From Lama guanicoe (Eukaryota): 64,000 bases of DNA. Position 1 is the stretch's first letter; each line of letters starts with the position of its first letter. The position numbers and the translations under genes were made by a program. The notes under the pieces are model-generated. The model had not been told where the DNA came from. It worked only from the letters and a program-made list of their open reading frames with translations, and did not search any database. The stretch is taken from contig MU054526.1 in assembly GCA_013239625.1 (NCBI GenBank), forward strand, positions 2,236,721-2,300,720, given 5' to 3'. Of the stretch, positions 53,501 through 64,000 are shown in pieces.

Positions 53501-56500
53501 GCTTCCCTTGTTTCGGAGGTGGAGTGCCTTGTCCTCTGTAGTTCCAGTGGAAGCCCTGGGTCTGACACTCACTGGGCCACCTTCCACACCTGTCCATCCC
53601 AGGGCCGATTCCTGCAGCAAGGGGGCTGGGACGCTGTGAATGGTCAGGCCCAGTGATGTGCCCAGTCCCAGAGGGAGTGCCCTCCTCTGCCCATGGCTTC
53701 CACCCCGGAGTCTGAGGTGGCTGCTTCAGCTCCTGCCATCGCCTCTGCATCCCAGCCAGCAGGAAGAAGGAGAGGGCAAAGGGAGCAAACCTCCATTCCT
53801 TTTGAAAAAACAGTCCAGAAGTGGCATGCACTGTTAACATCCCATTTGCCAGACCCTACTTAGCTGGTTGTTCTTGGCTTTGAGGGAGACTGGGAGGTTC
53901 TACTTCAGCCGGGTGGCCGTATGACCCACTGAAAGCAGGGTGCCATTATTACAGGGGGAAGGAAGGATCGATGTGCATGGGCAGCCTCATTCTCTGCAGC
54001 AGGACTGAGACATTTTGGTTGTTCCCTGACTTAAGAGATACTCACTGACCATAATTTCATTTGTGCCCCTCAGTGTGTGTTTGTGTTCACAACCAGATCT
54101 GTTGATTGGCTTTTTTGGTTTTGTTATTAGTTTTATTCTATATTCTGTATAACTTTAAGTACATAAAGGTTTATTTCCACAGGCCTCAGGAAATGAGTAG
54201 AAGTCAGGACAATCTCTTCCCACCAAAAAAAAGTTGCGTATTTTGGTAAAGTGTTTGTCCTAGAGGGAAAAGCTGGAATTTACATTAGTAATGTTGTGCT
54301 GATTGGATTTTGGAAAGAATGTAGCCGACATTCTCCTGGTTAAAGATGGGTGGCAGAGTAGAAGTGTGCATTTATACTTGACGCTATTCACTCAGCACTT
54401 ACTAAGCACCTGCTGAATGTCTTTTGGGTGCTGTGCTTACAGCAGCAAATAGGATGGCTCTGGGCCCACGAGCAGTTCACAGCCTCGTCGGGGAGACAGA
54501 CGAGTGACCCGGGAAGCAGGTCACGTCCCAGGGCCCTAAGTGCTTAGAGAGGGGTCTTCCCCTCCACACGGGTGACGTGGGGCCGGATGACCCTGGGGGG
54601 CCATCCTGTTCCCAGCAGGATGTTGTGCAGCATCCCTGACCTTCACCCACCAGATGCCCGAGCCATACCCCGCCACAGTCACGGCAGCCAGGCACCTCTC
54701 TGGACATCGCCCAGTGTCCCCTGGGGTTCAGCGTCATCCCCACTTGATAACTACTGGCCTTGAGGGACAGAGACAGGGCAGTGGGAGAAGGCGAGTGCAG
54801 AGAGGGGAGTTCCTCTGTGAGGATGGGCCCCTCTTTGACTGCTGAGGGGGTGGCTGCAAGAAATGCCAAGACGCCCCGAGAACACTCATCGGGCAGAGAG
54901 AATGGGGGCCTGAGGTGGGCGCGTGCTCGGGGAAGTAGCAGGGTGCCCAGCACGCTGGGGCAGAGTCAGCTCCGGCTGCACCAACGAGCTTTTGTGTAAA
55001 AAGGTTCTTTACAAGATACCTCATCTCCCCATCTTCCCCTCCTTGCTTTAGCTCTTCCTCACTGACCCAACCTAAATCCAGCCCTCTAAGAGCAGACACG
55101 TCTGCCCTAAACTGAGTTCCCAGAACTGCCCTGGACTTCTAGCCAGACTGAGTGGTCCGACGTGGTGAATATCCCCCCGGAATTGTCTGAGCCCGGGGTT
55201 CTGTCTCCTGACTGGTCGCATTTGGACCAGATGGCTCCTCACCATGGGGCGGTCCTCTGCCCTGTAGGGTGGCTGGCAGCTTCCCTGGCACCCACCCCTA
55301 AGTTATGACAACCAGAAACCTCTCCAGACATGGCCAGGTGCCCACATGGCAGTGCCTCCCTGTTCGAGAACTGCTGCTCTGAGCCTGGGTTCCTGCGTAC
55401 AGTGCTGCCCCTAGGCCACCCCTTCTGGGGTCTCATCCTTCCCTTAGGCTTGGGTGCTGTGGAACCCCCACCCCCACCTACTTTGGGGCTGTCCCACAAC
55501 CAGGGGTGACTGTCAAAAGAGTTCACCCCTACAGGTACAAGGAGCAGGGTTCCAGAGGCCACCTGATGGGCCAGGGGAGGGGTCAGAGCCTGGGGAAGAG
55601 GGGGTCACTTTGCAGGGGGTGGTGCTCGGGGCAGTGGCTCTTTACCACGTGGCGGATTGTTTCCGGTACTGTCACAGCTGGTATTGCCACCACAGCACGG
55701 CTGGCCGACATCAGCCCTTGGCCCAGAGCCCCTGTATTGGTCCTTGACCCGAGCCTCCCTGGCCCCCAGGCTGCTCCTTCAGGCTGGCTACGATCCGGAG
55801 CTGCGGGATGGGGACGGCTGGACCCCCCTGCACGCCGCGGCCCACTGGGGCGTGGAGGACGCCTGCCGCCTTCTGGCGGAGCACGGTGGGGGCATGGACT
55901 CGCTGACCCACGCGGTGAGGGCCAGGCTGGGGCACCTGGGGCTGGCGGGCTGGGAGGGCCCCCACAACTCCTCCTCATTGGCCCTTCTCCCCCTGCCCAC
56001 CCAGGGGCAGCGACCCTGTGACCTGGCAGATGAGGAGGTGCTGAGCCTGCTGGAGGAGCTGGCCCGGAAGCAGGAGGACGTGAGTCTCTGGCATCTGGCC
56101 GGGGCACCTGCCCTTCCCTGGCTAGTGACAGGGGCCCAGTGGAGAGCCCTGAGGAGGGGCACAGCTGGGTCCTGGGGGGAGGCGGGGCCTGGGGCCCAGG
56201 TGGACCTTGGGGCGCAGATGGGGGTGGTCTATCCGGGCTTGGGCCAGGCCTCGTCACCCCTGGGATGCCCTCCAGTCAGCACCGGACCAGGCACTGTTGC
56301 TGGAAAATCTCAGAGTGAGGGGGTGAACGGTGTGGACTCAGGGTCTGAACCCTGGCTCTGCCATGGATTTGCAGTGTGAGCTGTGTGAAAACGGCAGGCT
56401 GGGAACTGATGCCTTTTGGGAGCAGTGCCTGAGAGAGAGCCTTAAGGGAGGAGGTGGGGGTTGCCAGCCCATGGTCTGGGTGTGCTGAAGGGTCTGGCAG

Positions 56501-59500
56501 ACGTTTGGGCAGGTCGCCCCTGGGAGGTAGAGGGACCCCTCTGGGGACAGGACTGGAGGCCAGGAAGCTTGGAGGCCCTTGGAAGCAGGAGACCCAGGGC
56601 GCCGATGGTGGGAAAACTTGAATGAGTCCGCAGATTTCCCCCCACCCGGCCCCGCCCATCCGGGGAGCCAGAGACCTGAGGACCTGTCGTGGGAGCATCG
56701 AGTTAGGCATGACCAGCAGGGCTGTGCCTGTAGCCCTCAGTGTTGGGGGCGTGGGACGAAGGAGGGTCCATGTGTTCTGTCCCTCCCCAGTAGCCCCTTC
56801 TCCCTTGCAGCTACGGAACCAAAAGGAAGCCTCCCAGAGCAGGGGCCAGGAGTCCCAGGTGCCCGCCAGCAGCAAACACCGAAGGTAGGGAGGGGTGCCT
56901 GGAGGGTAGGTGGCCTGGAGGCTCCCTGGGGTTTGCCCCCCAACACCTCCCCTTTCCACCAGGAGCTCCGTATGTCGTCTGAGCAGCCGTGAGAAGATCT
57001 CCCTCCAGGACTTGTCCAAGGAGCGCCGGCCTGGAGGGGCGGGGGGGCTCCCCATCCGGGATGAGGATGAGGGAGAAGAAGGCCCTTCAGGTGAGGAGCT
57101 GGGGGCCTGGGTTCCTGAATCTGGAGAGGATGGGGCTGAGGGCCTGGACCCCTGGGTGTGAGGGAGGAGGGGCTGGGGGCTGGACCCCTGGGTGTGAGGG
57201 AGGAGGGGCTGGGGGCTGGACCCCTGGGTGTGAGGGAGGGGGGGCTGGGGGCTGGACNNNNNNNNNNNNNNNNNNNNNNNNNNNNNNNNNNNNNNNNNNN
57301 NNNNNNNNNNNNNNGTACCCCCCAATCCAGAACGCTCAACGGGGCCTCCTCCCCGCCACTCTCTAGCCCCAAGAGCCCCACGGTGAGTCTGGGTGTCCTG
57401 AGGCCACGCTAGGCCCGGAGGCTTACTGCACGCCACGCCTNNNNNNNNNNNNNNNNNNNNNNNNNNNNNNNNNNNNNNNNNNNNNNNNNNNNNNNNNNNN
57501 NNNNNNNNNNNNNNNNNNNNNNNNNNNNNNNNNNNNNNNNNNNNNNNNNNNNNNNNNNNNNNNNNNNNNNNNNNNNNNNNNNNNNNNNNNNNNNNNNNNN
57601 NNNNNNNNNNNNNNNNNNNNNNNNNNNNNNNNNNNNNNNNNNNNNNNNNNNNNNNNNNNNNNNNNNNNNNNNNNNNNNNNNNNNNNNNNNNNNNNNNNNN
57701 NNNNNNNNNNNNNNNNNNNNNNNNNNNNNNNNNNNNNNNNNNNNNNNNNNNNNNNNNNNNNNNNNNNTGGGGGCGCCCCTGCAGCTGGGCTGCAGCGCTC
57801 AGCCTCCTCCTCGCGGCTGGAGGGAACCTCCATTCAGGTGAGCAGGGTGATGGGCAGGGGACCAGACCCTGCCTAGTCATGGAGACTAGCCCCCCTCCTT
57901 TCCTCTCTCTCAAGGTCAGGGAGCCCCGTCTTGCCAGAATTACCCCCACACCCTCACGGAATGTGCCAGAGTCCTCTGCCCCGTGAGTATTCGGGGTTCT
58001 CTGGGCCCCTCTCGGGGGTGGGAGGCAGGTCCAGGTACCAGTCTTGTCTGCATGATCCTGGGGAGGTCCACTTGCTCTCTGGGGTCTGGTCCCTGCCTCC
58101 CCCAACTCTTGGTCTCAGTTTCCCTTTTGGTACACTTCCAAGGCCACGGTGATCTGGCCCCCGTTCCCCCCGCCTCCTCCCACCCGCCCTTTCTGACACA
58201 GGCAGGCTCCTGCCCAGACCTTCGCTCCAGCTCCCCCCTCACACCCACAGGGCTTCCTTCCTCCCTCTCTCAGGTCTGTGTGAATGTCAGCTTCTTGGTG
58301 AGGCCCGCTGCACTCACCGCCACAGCAGCCGGACATGCACCCCTCCTGCCTCCTGTCCTTGCTTTTTTTTTTTTTTTCTCCAGAGGGCTTGACACTCCTG
58401 ACGTAGTATGTGATGTTCTAGTCTTCTTGTGGCTATTGTTTTGCATCTTTTCTGCCCAGATCTGAGTCATCGGGGCAGAGATCATTTCTTTCTTTTGCGC
58501 GCTGCTGTGTCTGGTGCCTGCCACGTAACGCATGCAAGCTTGAGTAACATTTGCCGAATGAATGAATTCACACAGGTCTGAGATCTCCAGGCGGCCACCT
58601 CCTTTGAATGACTCCACTCCTCCCTCCAGGATTCTGGAGCCCCAGTCCCCAGTGAAGCCCAATGTCCCTGTAGTCACTGCAGCGCCCCCAGCGGACTCCC
58701 GGGACCGCCGGAGGTGAGGTGAAGAGGGAGTGAGAGGCCGCCGTCTCCCCAGCGGGGAGGAAAGTACATTCCCCAGGAGTCCCCGGTCCTGTGAGGGTGG
58801 CTCCCAAGGGACAGTGTGTCCCAGGGTCGGGGGAGTTGAAGTCCTCTGGCACAATGTGACTCCCCGAGAGTGTCGGCCATGGGACAGAGCAGGGTCCAAG
58901 GGAACCCTCCCTGAGGTCGGGGGCCCTTCACTCAGGTCCTACCAGATGCCTGTGCGGGATGAGGAGTCTGAATCCCAGCGCAAAGCTCGCTCTCGCCTCA
59001 TGCGCCAGTCTCGGAGGTCCACACAGGTATGGGCTGGGGCCTGGACTGGTGGGTCTGAAGGATGAATGCTGGGGCTGGGCCCTGTGTGCTGGACCTGACT
59101 GCCCTGTCTCTGTGCCAGGGTGTGACTCTGACGGACCTGAAGGAGGCCGAGAAGGCCGCAGGGAAGGCCCCAGAGCCAGAGAAGTGCCTGCAGAGCCTGG
59201 TGAGAGGAGTCAGGTGATGGACAGTGGGTGGTACCAGACGCCCTCGTCCTCTGACTCCCCTGCCCCTCTCCCACAGGACCCTTCCCGGCGACCCCGAGTC
59301 CCTGGGGTCCAGAGCGCTGATGGCCCTGCCCAGAGAGGTGAGGTCTGGTCTCTGGGAAGTCGTTCTCCTGGGCCCAGCCGATCCCTCCCGCTACAGTCCA
59401 ACCGTTTTCCTGGGGGTTGGGCCCAGGGACCCTGACACCGCAGAGGAGACCCTCCGCAAGTCCCTGAGCTGATTCCTGCCTCTTCCCCAGCAGAGGCGCC

Positions 59501-61092
59501 CGACGGGCAAGGGCAGGGACCACAGGCCACCAGAGAGCACCGCAAAGTTGGCAAGGAGCGTAGGGGGCCTGCGGAGGTGAGGGATGAGGCCCAGGCCGGT
59601 CTGCTGAGGCTGTGGGTGGGCCTTGGAGGCCGGGTGGGGGTGGGACCAAGCATCCGGCTGAACCCCACCTCTGCCCGCCCACAGGGGGAGGAGGCGGAGC
59701 CGGCGCCTGCAGACCACAGCCCAGAATCCAGGTAAAGGGTGGGCAGGAAGGTTTTGGGTTGTCTGGGGGGGGGTCCGTGGGTACGCCCCTGTGACGCCCT
59801 GCTCGACCCCACCCCAGCACTCCTGAGGGCGGCCCCTCATCCCGCAGGCAGCGGGACCTCAACCCAGAACCCGAGCCAGAATCAGAAGAACCGGACGGAG
59901 GCTTCAGGAAGGTTCGCGATCCCACCCCACGATTGTGCCATTGACTGACCCCCCACAAGTTGGCTTATGTATACCTGCCCTCCAGCCCCCTATTTAGTGG
60001 TTCTAACCCATATGCGCATCCGGCCTTTTCCCGCCCTCTTCCCGCCCTCGCCCAAGCTGCAGTCAGCCCCTTCCCCCGCAAACGCATCTCAGCGTCTGGC
60101 CTGACCTCCGGGTCCCTCCTCCTGGTGTCCCCAGCTGTACGCAGAGCTGCGGACTGAGAACGAACGACTTCGTGAGGCCCTGACCGAGACCACGCTGCAG
60201 CTGGCGCAGCTCAAGGTAGAGCTGGAGCGCGCCACGCAGGTGAGGACACCCTGGATGTGGTGGGAAGGGGCCTCATTTGCTCAGGATCCTCGGGAGGTGG
60301 AGGTAGAGACAGAGGACCGAGGAGAGGGGCTGAGTGGTGGGCTGGGACCCTTGAGAGGAGGAATCTGGGCAGCTGGGTGGGGGAGGGCTTATGGGCGGGG
60401 CTAGGACCTCTGGGAGGCGGGGCCTGAGGGGAGGGCTAGGACCCTTGGGGAGGGGCGGGGCTATGACGTCAGAAGCGGGGCCTGGCCAAGAAGGGCCGGG
60501 CTTATCTTGAGCAGTGGGTGTTGAGGTCTGGGCCCCAGCAGTTTGGTCTGCCTTTCCCCCTCTCACTGCTGCTTTTCCTTCCTGGCCACTGAGGTTTAGA
60601 CGCTTCTCTGACCCTGCTCTCTTTCTGTCCTCACCAGAGGCAGGAGCGCTTTGCAGAGAGGCCCGCCCTTCTGGAGCTGGAGAGATTCGTGAGTAGGGGT
60701 GGCTGGAGTGGGGCCGGGAGTGTCCCCAGCCTTACAAACCCATGTGGGTCTGGATTCTCACCTGCTCCTCTGCCCTTTCCCCACTGTCTCAGCCGTACTT
60801 GACCTATGGCCCTCCCTGAACTCCTGTCCCTTGTCCTCATCTTCACCTGTTTATTCCAGGAGCGCAGGGCTTTGGAACGGAAGGCGGCTGAACTGGAGGA
60901 GGAGCTGAAGGTGAGTATTAATGGGGAGCTGTGGGCGGAGAGTGAGGGCGGGCAGTGGGTTCAGCCTGCCCAGGGCCAGCTGGCTGACCCCATCCTATCT
61001 CTCAGGCCCTGTCCGACCTACGGGCAGACAACCAGCGGCTCAAGGATGAGAACGCAGCCCTGATTCGAGTCATCAGCAAACTCTCCAAGTGA
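41506..61092 (+). CDS. PPP1R12C: Protein phosphatase 1 regulatory subunit 12C (MBS85): RVxF-like motif, ankyrin repeats, C-terminal coiled coil/leucine zipper
   Basis: Exons 41506-41826, 45725-45855, 45940-46058, 52121-52280, 55770-55914, 56005-56079, 56811-56884, 56963-57090, (gap)57315-57382, (gap)57768-57837, 57915-57982, 58576-58713, 58936-59026, 59119-59199, 59277-59337, 59491-59576, 59685-59731, 59818-59911, 60135-60239, 60638-60688, 60860-60910, 61006-61092. Motifs [19 protein letters not shown] x2, [18 protein letters not shown]. Confidence 0.95.
43982..44088. mobile_element. MER81-like MITE in PPP1R12C intron 1
   Basis: ggtgacca...ggttttaacactgaaagtccca...ggaaacccc...cgggcaaaccgggacag. 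Confidence 0.7.
46439..46586. promoter_or_regulatory. Candidate muscle enhancer in intron 3: CArG + MEF2 + E-box
   Basis: CCTAATATGG 46439-46448, CTAAAAATAG 46560-46569, CAGATG 46581-46586. Confidence 0.55.
48530..49035 (+). mobile_element. L1MB-type 3' fragment
   Basis: cacagcagcattgttcacagtagc...attctgac...tgctgtatgattccac...ttctggagatggatggtgatgg...aaaaatggttaagatggtaaatt plus A tail. Confidence 0.8.
49985..50145. mobile_element. MER58A-like fragment
   Basis: agtaaatattttaggcttt...gagtgggtgtggccacgttctattaaacctttatttacaaa. Confidence 0.65.
51030..51320. mobile_element. MER33-like fossil
   Basis: aggtgaacttaattttaataacattttatttaacc...cacacttactacacatctca...gccacagttcaggtgctccgtagctgcacgtggct. 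Confidence 0.65.
52567..52880 (+). mobile_element. Internally deleted Tigger1-derived element (TcMar)
   Basis: 5' cagg...ttacaaattgaaggtttgttgcaaccctgcg joined to 3' gcattttttagcaataaagt...gtggtctgga...tctctgagggctgcctg; TIR-like ends. Confidence 0.75.
54555..54758. mobile_element. MER20 fossil (opposite orientation to the 37449 copy)
   Basis: caggatgttgtgcagcatccctgaccttcacccaccagatgcc...ggacatcgcccagtgtcccctgggg...ttgataactactgg. Confidence 0.7.
57144..57257 (+). repeat. MSR1-like 36-bp tandem array in PPP1R12C intron 8, running into a gap
   Basis: Near-perfect unit ctggacccctgggtgtgagggaggaggggctggggg starting at 57144, 57180, 57216 and 57252. Confidence 0.9.
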
Positions 61093-61622
61093 CTGTGGAG
61101 GAGGCCCTCCCCCTGCACCCATATTTATACAGCTGCTTCTGCCGCACGCACCCCTTCCCCTGCGTGAATATGAGTGACGGGCTTCTGGGGGAGTCTGAGA
61201 AGCCATAACCTTCCCTTGGGACTTCCAGGCTGGGAAGGGAGTACCGAGTCCCCAGGAGCCAAGGGGGGGCCGTCCGAGGCCACGGCGGTGGTGGGAGGCT
61301 GAGCCAGGTAGGGGGATGTCTCTGAGGGGGGACCAGGGCTGGAGGTGGGACCAGGAAGGAACCAAGGACCAAGAAGCGCCAGGACCAGAGTGGCCGCCCA
61401 GAGGTCCCCCTCTTACGTGTAATACCACTCTAGTCACCCNNNNNNNNNNNNNNNNNNNNNNNNNNNNNNNNNNNNNNNNNNNNNNNNNNNNNNNNNNNNN
61501 NNNNNNNNNNNNNNNNNNNNNNNNNNNNNNNNNNNNNNNNNNNNNNNNNNNNNNNNNNNNNNNNNNNNNNNNNNNNGGGGCAGGGGGAGAAGGTATTTTC
61601 GAGACAAAGCACAGGCACCACA

Positions 61623-61628
61623 AATAAA
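61623..61628 (+). terminator. PPP1R12C polyadenylation signal (AATAAA)
   Basis: AATAAA about 530 nt after the stop codon. Confidence 0.8.
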
Positions 61629-63199
61629 AGTCGTGAAGTTGCCACTCAATGATTGCATCGGCGGCTGGAGGTGAGGACCTGCCTCCCACTTCTCTGCTCA
61701 GGCTGTGCACATCCCTGACCAGACCACGGGACCGTGAGGGTGGGGTGTGAGGGCCGGGGAGGTGCATGCTCACCGGGAGGGAAGGGGCTTCAGAAAGAGC
61801 AGCCACTTGGAGCAGAGGCCCCAAACCAGGGCCAACGTCCCAAGGTATGGATCCGGGAAGGATCAGTTGCATGAGACGACAGGGACTGTGAGTATCGGGC
61901 TGAGGAGCTTGGGTCTTGCCTTCAGTGCTTTTGAAACAAATTTGAGTCAATTGCCAACATTTAAAATTTGGGTTAAGTTCACGTATAAAAGTCTGGGACA
62001 GCTGTCCGGCTCTGGCACGGTTTCCAGTCTGCAGCCTAGAAGCTGGGAGCCATGGGGGGTTATTGATGAGGGGAAAACTTTTGGGGAACTGCTTGCTTCT
62101 CTGGTGGGTGTCGTCTGGCTTGGGGAGAGGCCAGCAGGAGTTCACTGGGGCAGGGAGGGGAGCTTGTCAGTGGGTGTTCTGCGGGAGCAGAAATGTCCAC
62201 CCTGGACGAGGGGTGTCTAGAGAAAACCAGCCCCAAGCCAGCCTTGCTGGTCACGTGGGTAATGAGAAGCAGTTGCTGGCTGGCCAGAAGGAAAAGGAAC
62301 AGGTTGTTCCTGAGAAGGCAGGAAGCTTCCTGTTAGCTGTCGTCCTGCAGGCTGGAGAGTGGCCAGGAAGCCTGTGACATGTTCAGGAGGCAGCCACTTA
62401 TCCGGAGCTGGACCCCTGGCTGGAGGTGGGGGGGACAAGATGCAGAAGTGGATGCTGGGAGACTAACCTAACCTGGGGATGAGGGCAGGCTTTTCCAAAG
62501 AGGGTATTTGAGCTGGACCAGGAAGGCTAAACAGGAATTCAACAGGCAAAGAACTATTTCAGCCAGCAGAAACCAGCCAGTGTAAAACTCCAGTGGTTGA
62601 GGGGACTTGTGGGGCATGGAGAAGGGCAGGACCACAATGCATGGGGGAACGAGGAGGTGAGAGACGAGGTTGGACTGGTAGGGACCAAGCCGCTCAGGGC
62701 CTCGAATGCCCAGCTGTGGGGCTAAGATGGGTATGGAGAGCCAGAAAAGGAATTTGAGCAAGGGGTGGACTGGGCTATTAGGTGTTCAGAAGATCCCTCT
62801 GGAGAGAACTGGAAGGCAGAATGGAGGCTGGGAGGTGAGGAGGATGCCAGGGTTGGGGCCCCAGGCCGGGAGCAGAGAATTCAGAGAGCAACTAAAGCAA
62901 ACGAGGGGCATCTCCTAGATTCCTTTCCTGTGGCTGTAGCTGGGGTGAAGGGTAGGTCCCTGGCCCCTGTAGAGAAGGGACAGCAGTTGACACCACCTGG
63001 TAAGGAGACTGTTTATAGACTGGGCAGCGTATCACAATGCACAGGGCTCCCGAGCACAAGCGCTTCCCCTAAATTGTCTCAATGTCCGTTCTTGGCCAAC
63101 CCGAGAGTACCTGCTCAGGAGACTCCAGCAAGGACCGGCCAGTATGTCTACCAGGATGAGGTAAGACCACGGCTGGAACAGGTCCGCAATCCCTGGAAG

Positions 63200-64000
63200 G
63201 ATCTGCTTCCATTGGTGCGGGCAGTGTGCAGAGTCCGTTCTCCCGCGGGGCTGCCGCGAAACTTCGCGGAGGGGCGGGGAAGGATCAAAGGACCTCCGTT
63301 TTCACCTTGTCTTCCATTCTCCTCTTTTGCTTTTTCATCACTGCCTCCAGCTCTGACACTTTCTCTTTGTCCTGGAGGGTGGGGTGGAAATCAGGACCTT
63401 GGCGTCTGAGCCCTTGGTGCCCTCCCCGGACCAGGCCCAGGACGAGCGTGCCGGCTCACCTCCAGCAGCGCACGCTGCACCGAGACCTGACTGAACACGC
63501 GCGCCCCTTCCTCGGGGCTCAGCTCCCGAAACTTCTCCTTCTGCAGCGAGAATAGCTGCGCACCACTCAGCGTGCCCAGCGCGGCAACGGTCCTGAGCAG
63601 GGGCAGCGAGGGCCAGTCACAGCGTAATCCTCCTAAGCCCCACCAGCCACTTCACGCCCCTTGTCCAATCAGAGCAGCATTCTAGTTCTCAAGCTGGGTG
63701 GTTGGGGGGCTGTGGACGGCTCCTGAGTCCCCACCCACCAACCACAGCGCGCCGTCCTCGGGGATGGCGCAGGGGGCCGGGCTGCACTCCGCCTTCAAAC
63801 GGAGGCGGGGCTTCCCTGGAGACTCCAATCGGAGCCTGGCGTTAATTGCTGCACTCCTTTTCGACTAAGCCGCCCCCCACCCGCCGTGGTCTGCCCCCTC
63901 TCGGCCAATCAGGGTGCTCTGCCTCTAGCTTCCATGTCTCAGGGTCCCCTTTCCTGCACCCGCCACACTCACCCCGAGCTAAAGCCCTTGGCCTGCAGCC
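63200..64000. promoter_or_regulatory. CpG-rich promoter-like region with three CCAAT boxes
   Basis: CCAATC at 63665, 63825 and 63905; GC boxes; high CpG density. Confidence 0.45.

Noticed and set aside
56276-58105. 609-aa minus-strand ORF
   Set aside because: It runs through two N gaps and the 36-bp minisatellite, antisense to PPP1R12C. It is an artefact.
58939-59958. 339-aa minus-strand ORF
   Set aside because: GC-rich antisense shadow of the closely spaced PPP1R12C exons 13-18.
61700-64000. EPS8L1 terminal exons expected by synteny, and ORF 62765-63409
   Set aside because: I could not recognise any EPS8-family peptide on either strand. The gene probably lies beyond the window.

Overview
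This is mammalian genomic DNA, most likely camelid (camel/alpaca), judging by its tRNA-Ala-derived Vic-1-like SINEs. It is syntenic to human 19q13.42. Six intron-containing genes lie in tandem on the + strand: the 3' end of PTPRH (PTP domain and tail), complete SYT5 (386 aa), DNAAF3 (532 aa), TNNI3 (213 aa) and TNNT1 (262 aa), and PPP1R12C/MBS85 (the AAVS1 safe-harbour gene; exons 9-10 partly lost in N gaps). Exons were read by hand from GT-AG boundaries and their phases are consistent. Introns and spacers carry L1, L2, MIR, MaLR LTRs, hAT and Tigger DNA-transposon fossils, and many copies of the ~36-bp G-rich MSR1-type minisatellite. I see no new protein-coding system. The best leads are regulatory or structural: (1) about 10 ZNF143/SBS motifs in the PPP1R12C promoter; (2) an AAV Rep-binding site lacking the human terminal resolution site; (3) a consensus REST/RE1 site plus a triple RFX X-box at SYT5; (4) a consensus CTCF site just downstream of TNNT1 alternative exon 5; (5) inverted lineage-specific SINEs bracketing TNNT1 exons 12-13; (6) a CArG+MEF2 module in PPP1R12C intron 3; (7) an Ala-Pro expansion beside the cTnI PKA sites. 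Comparisons to human and other orthologues come from memory, not from alignments I could run.
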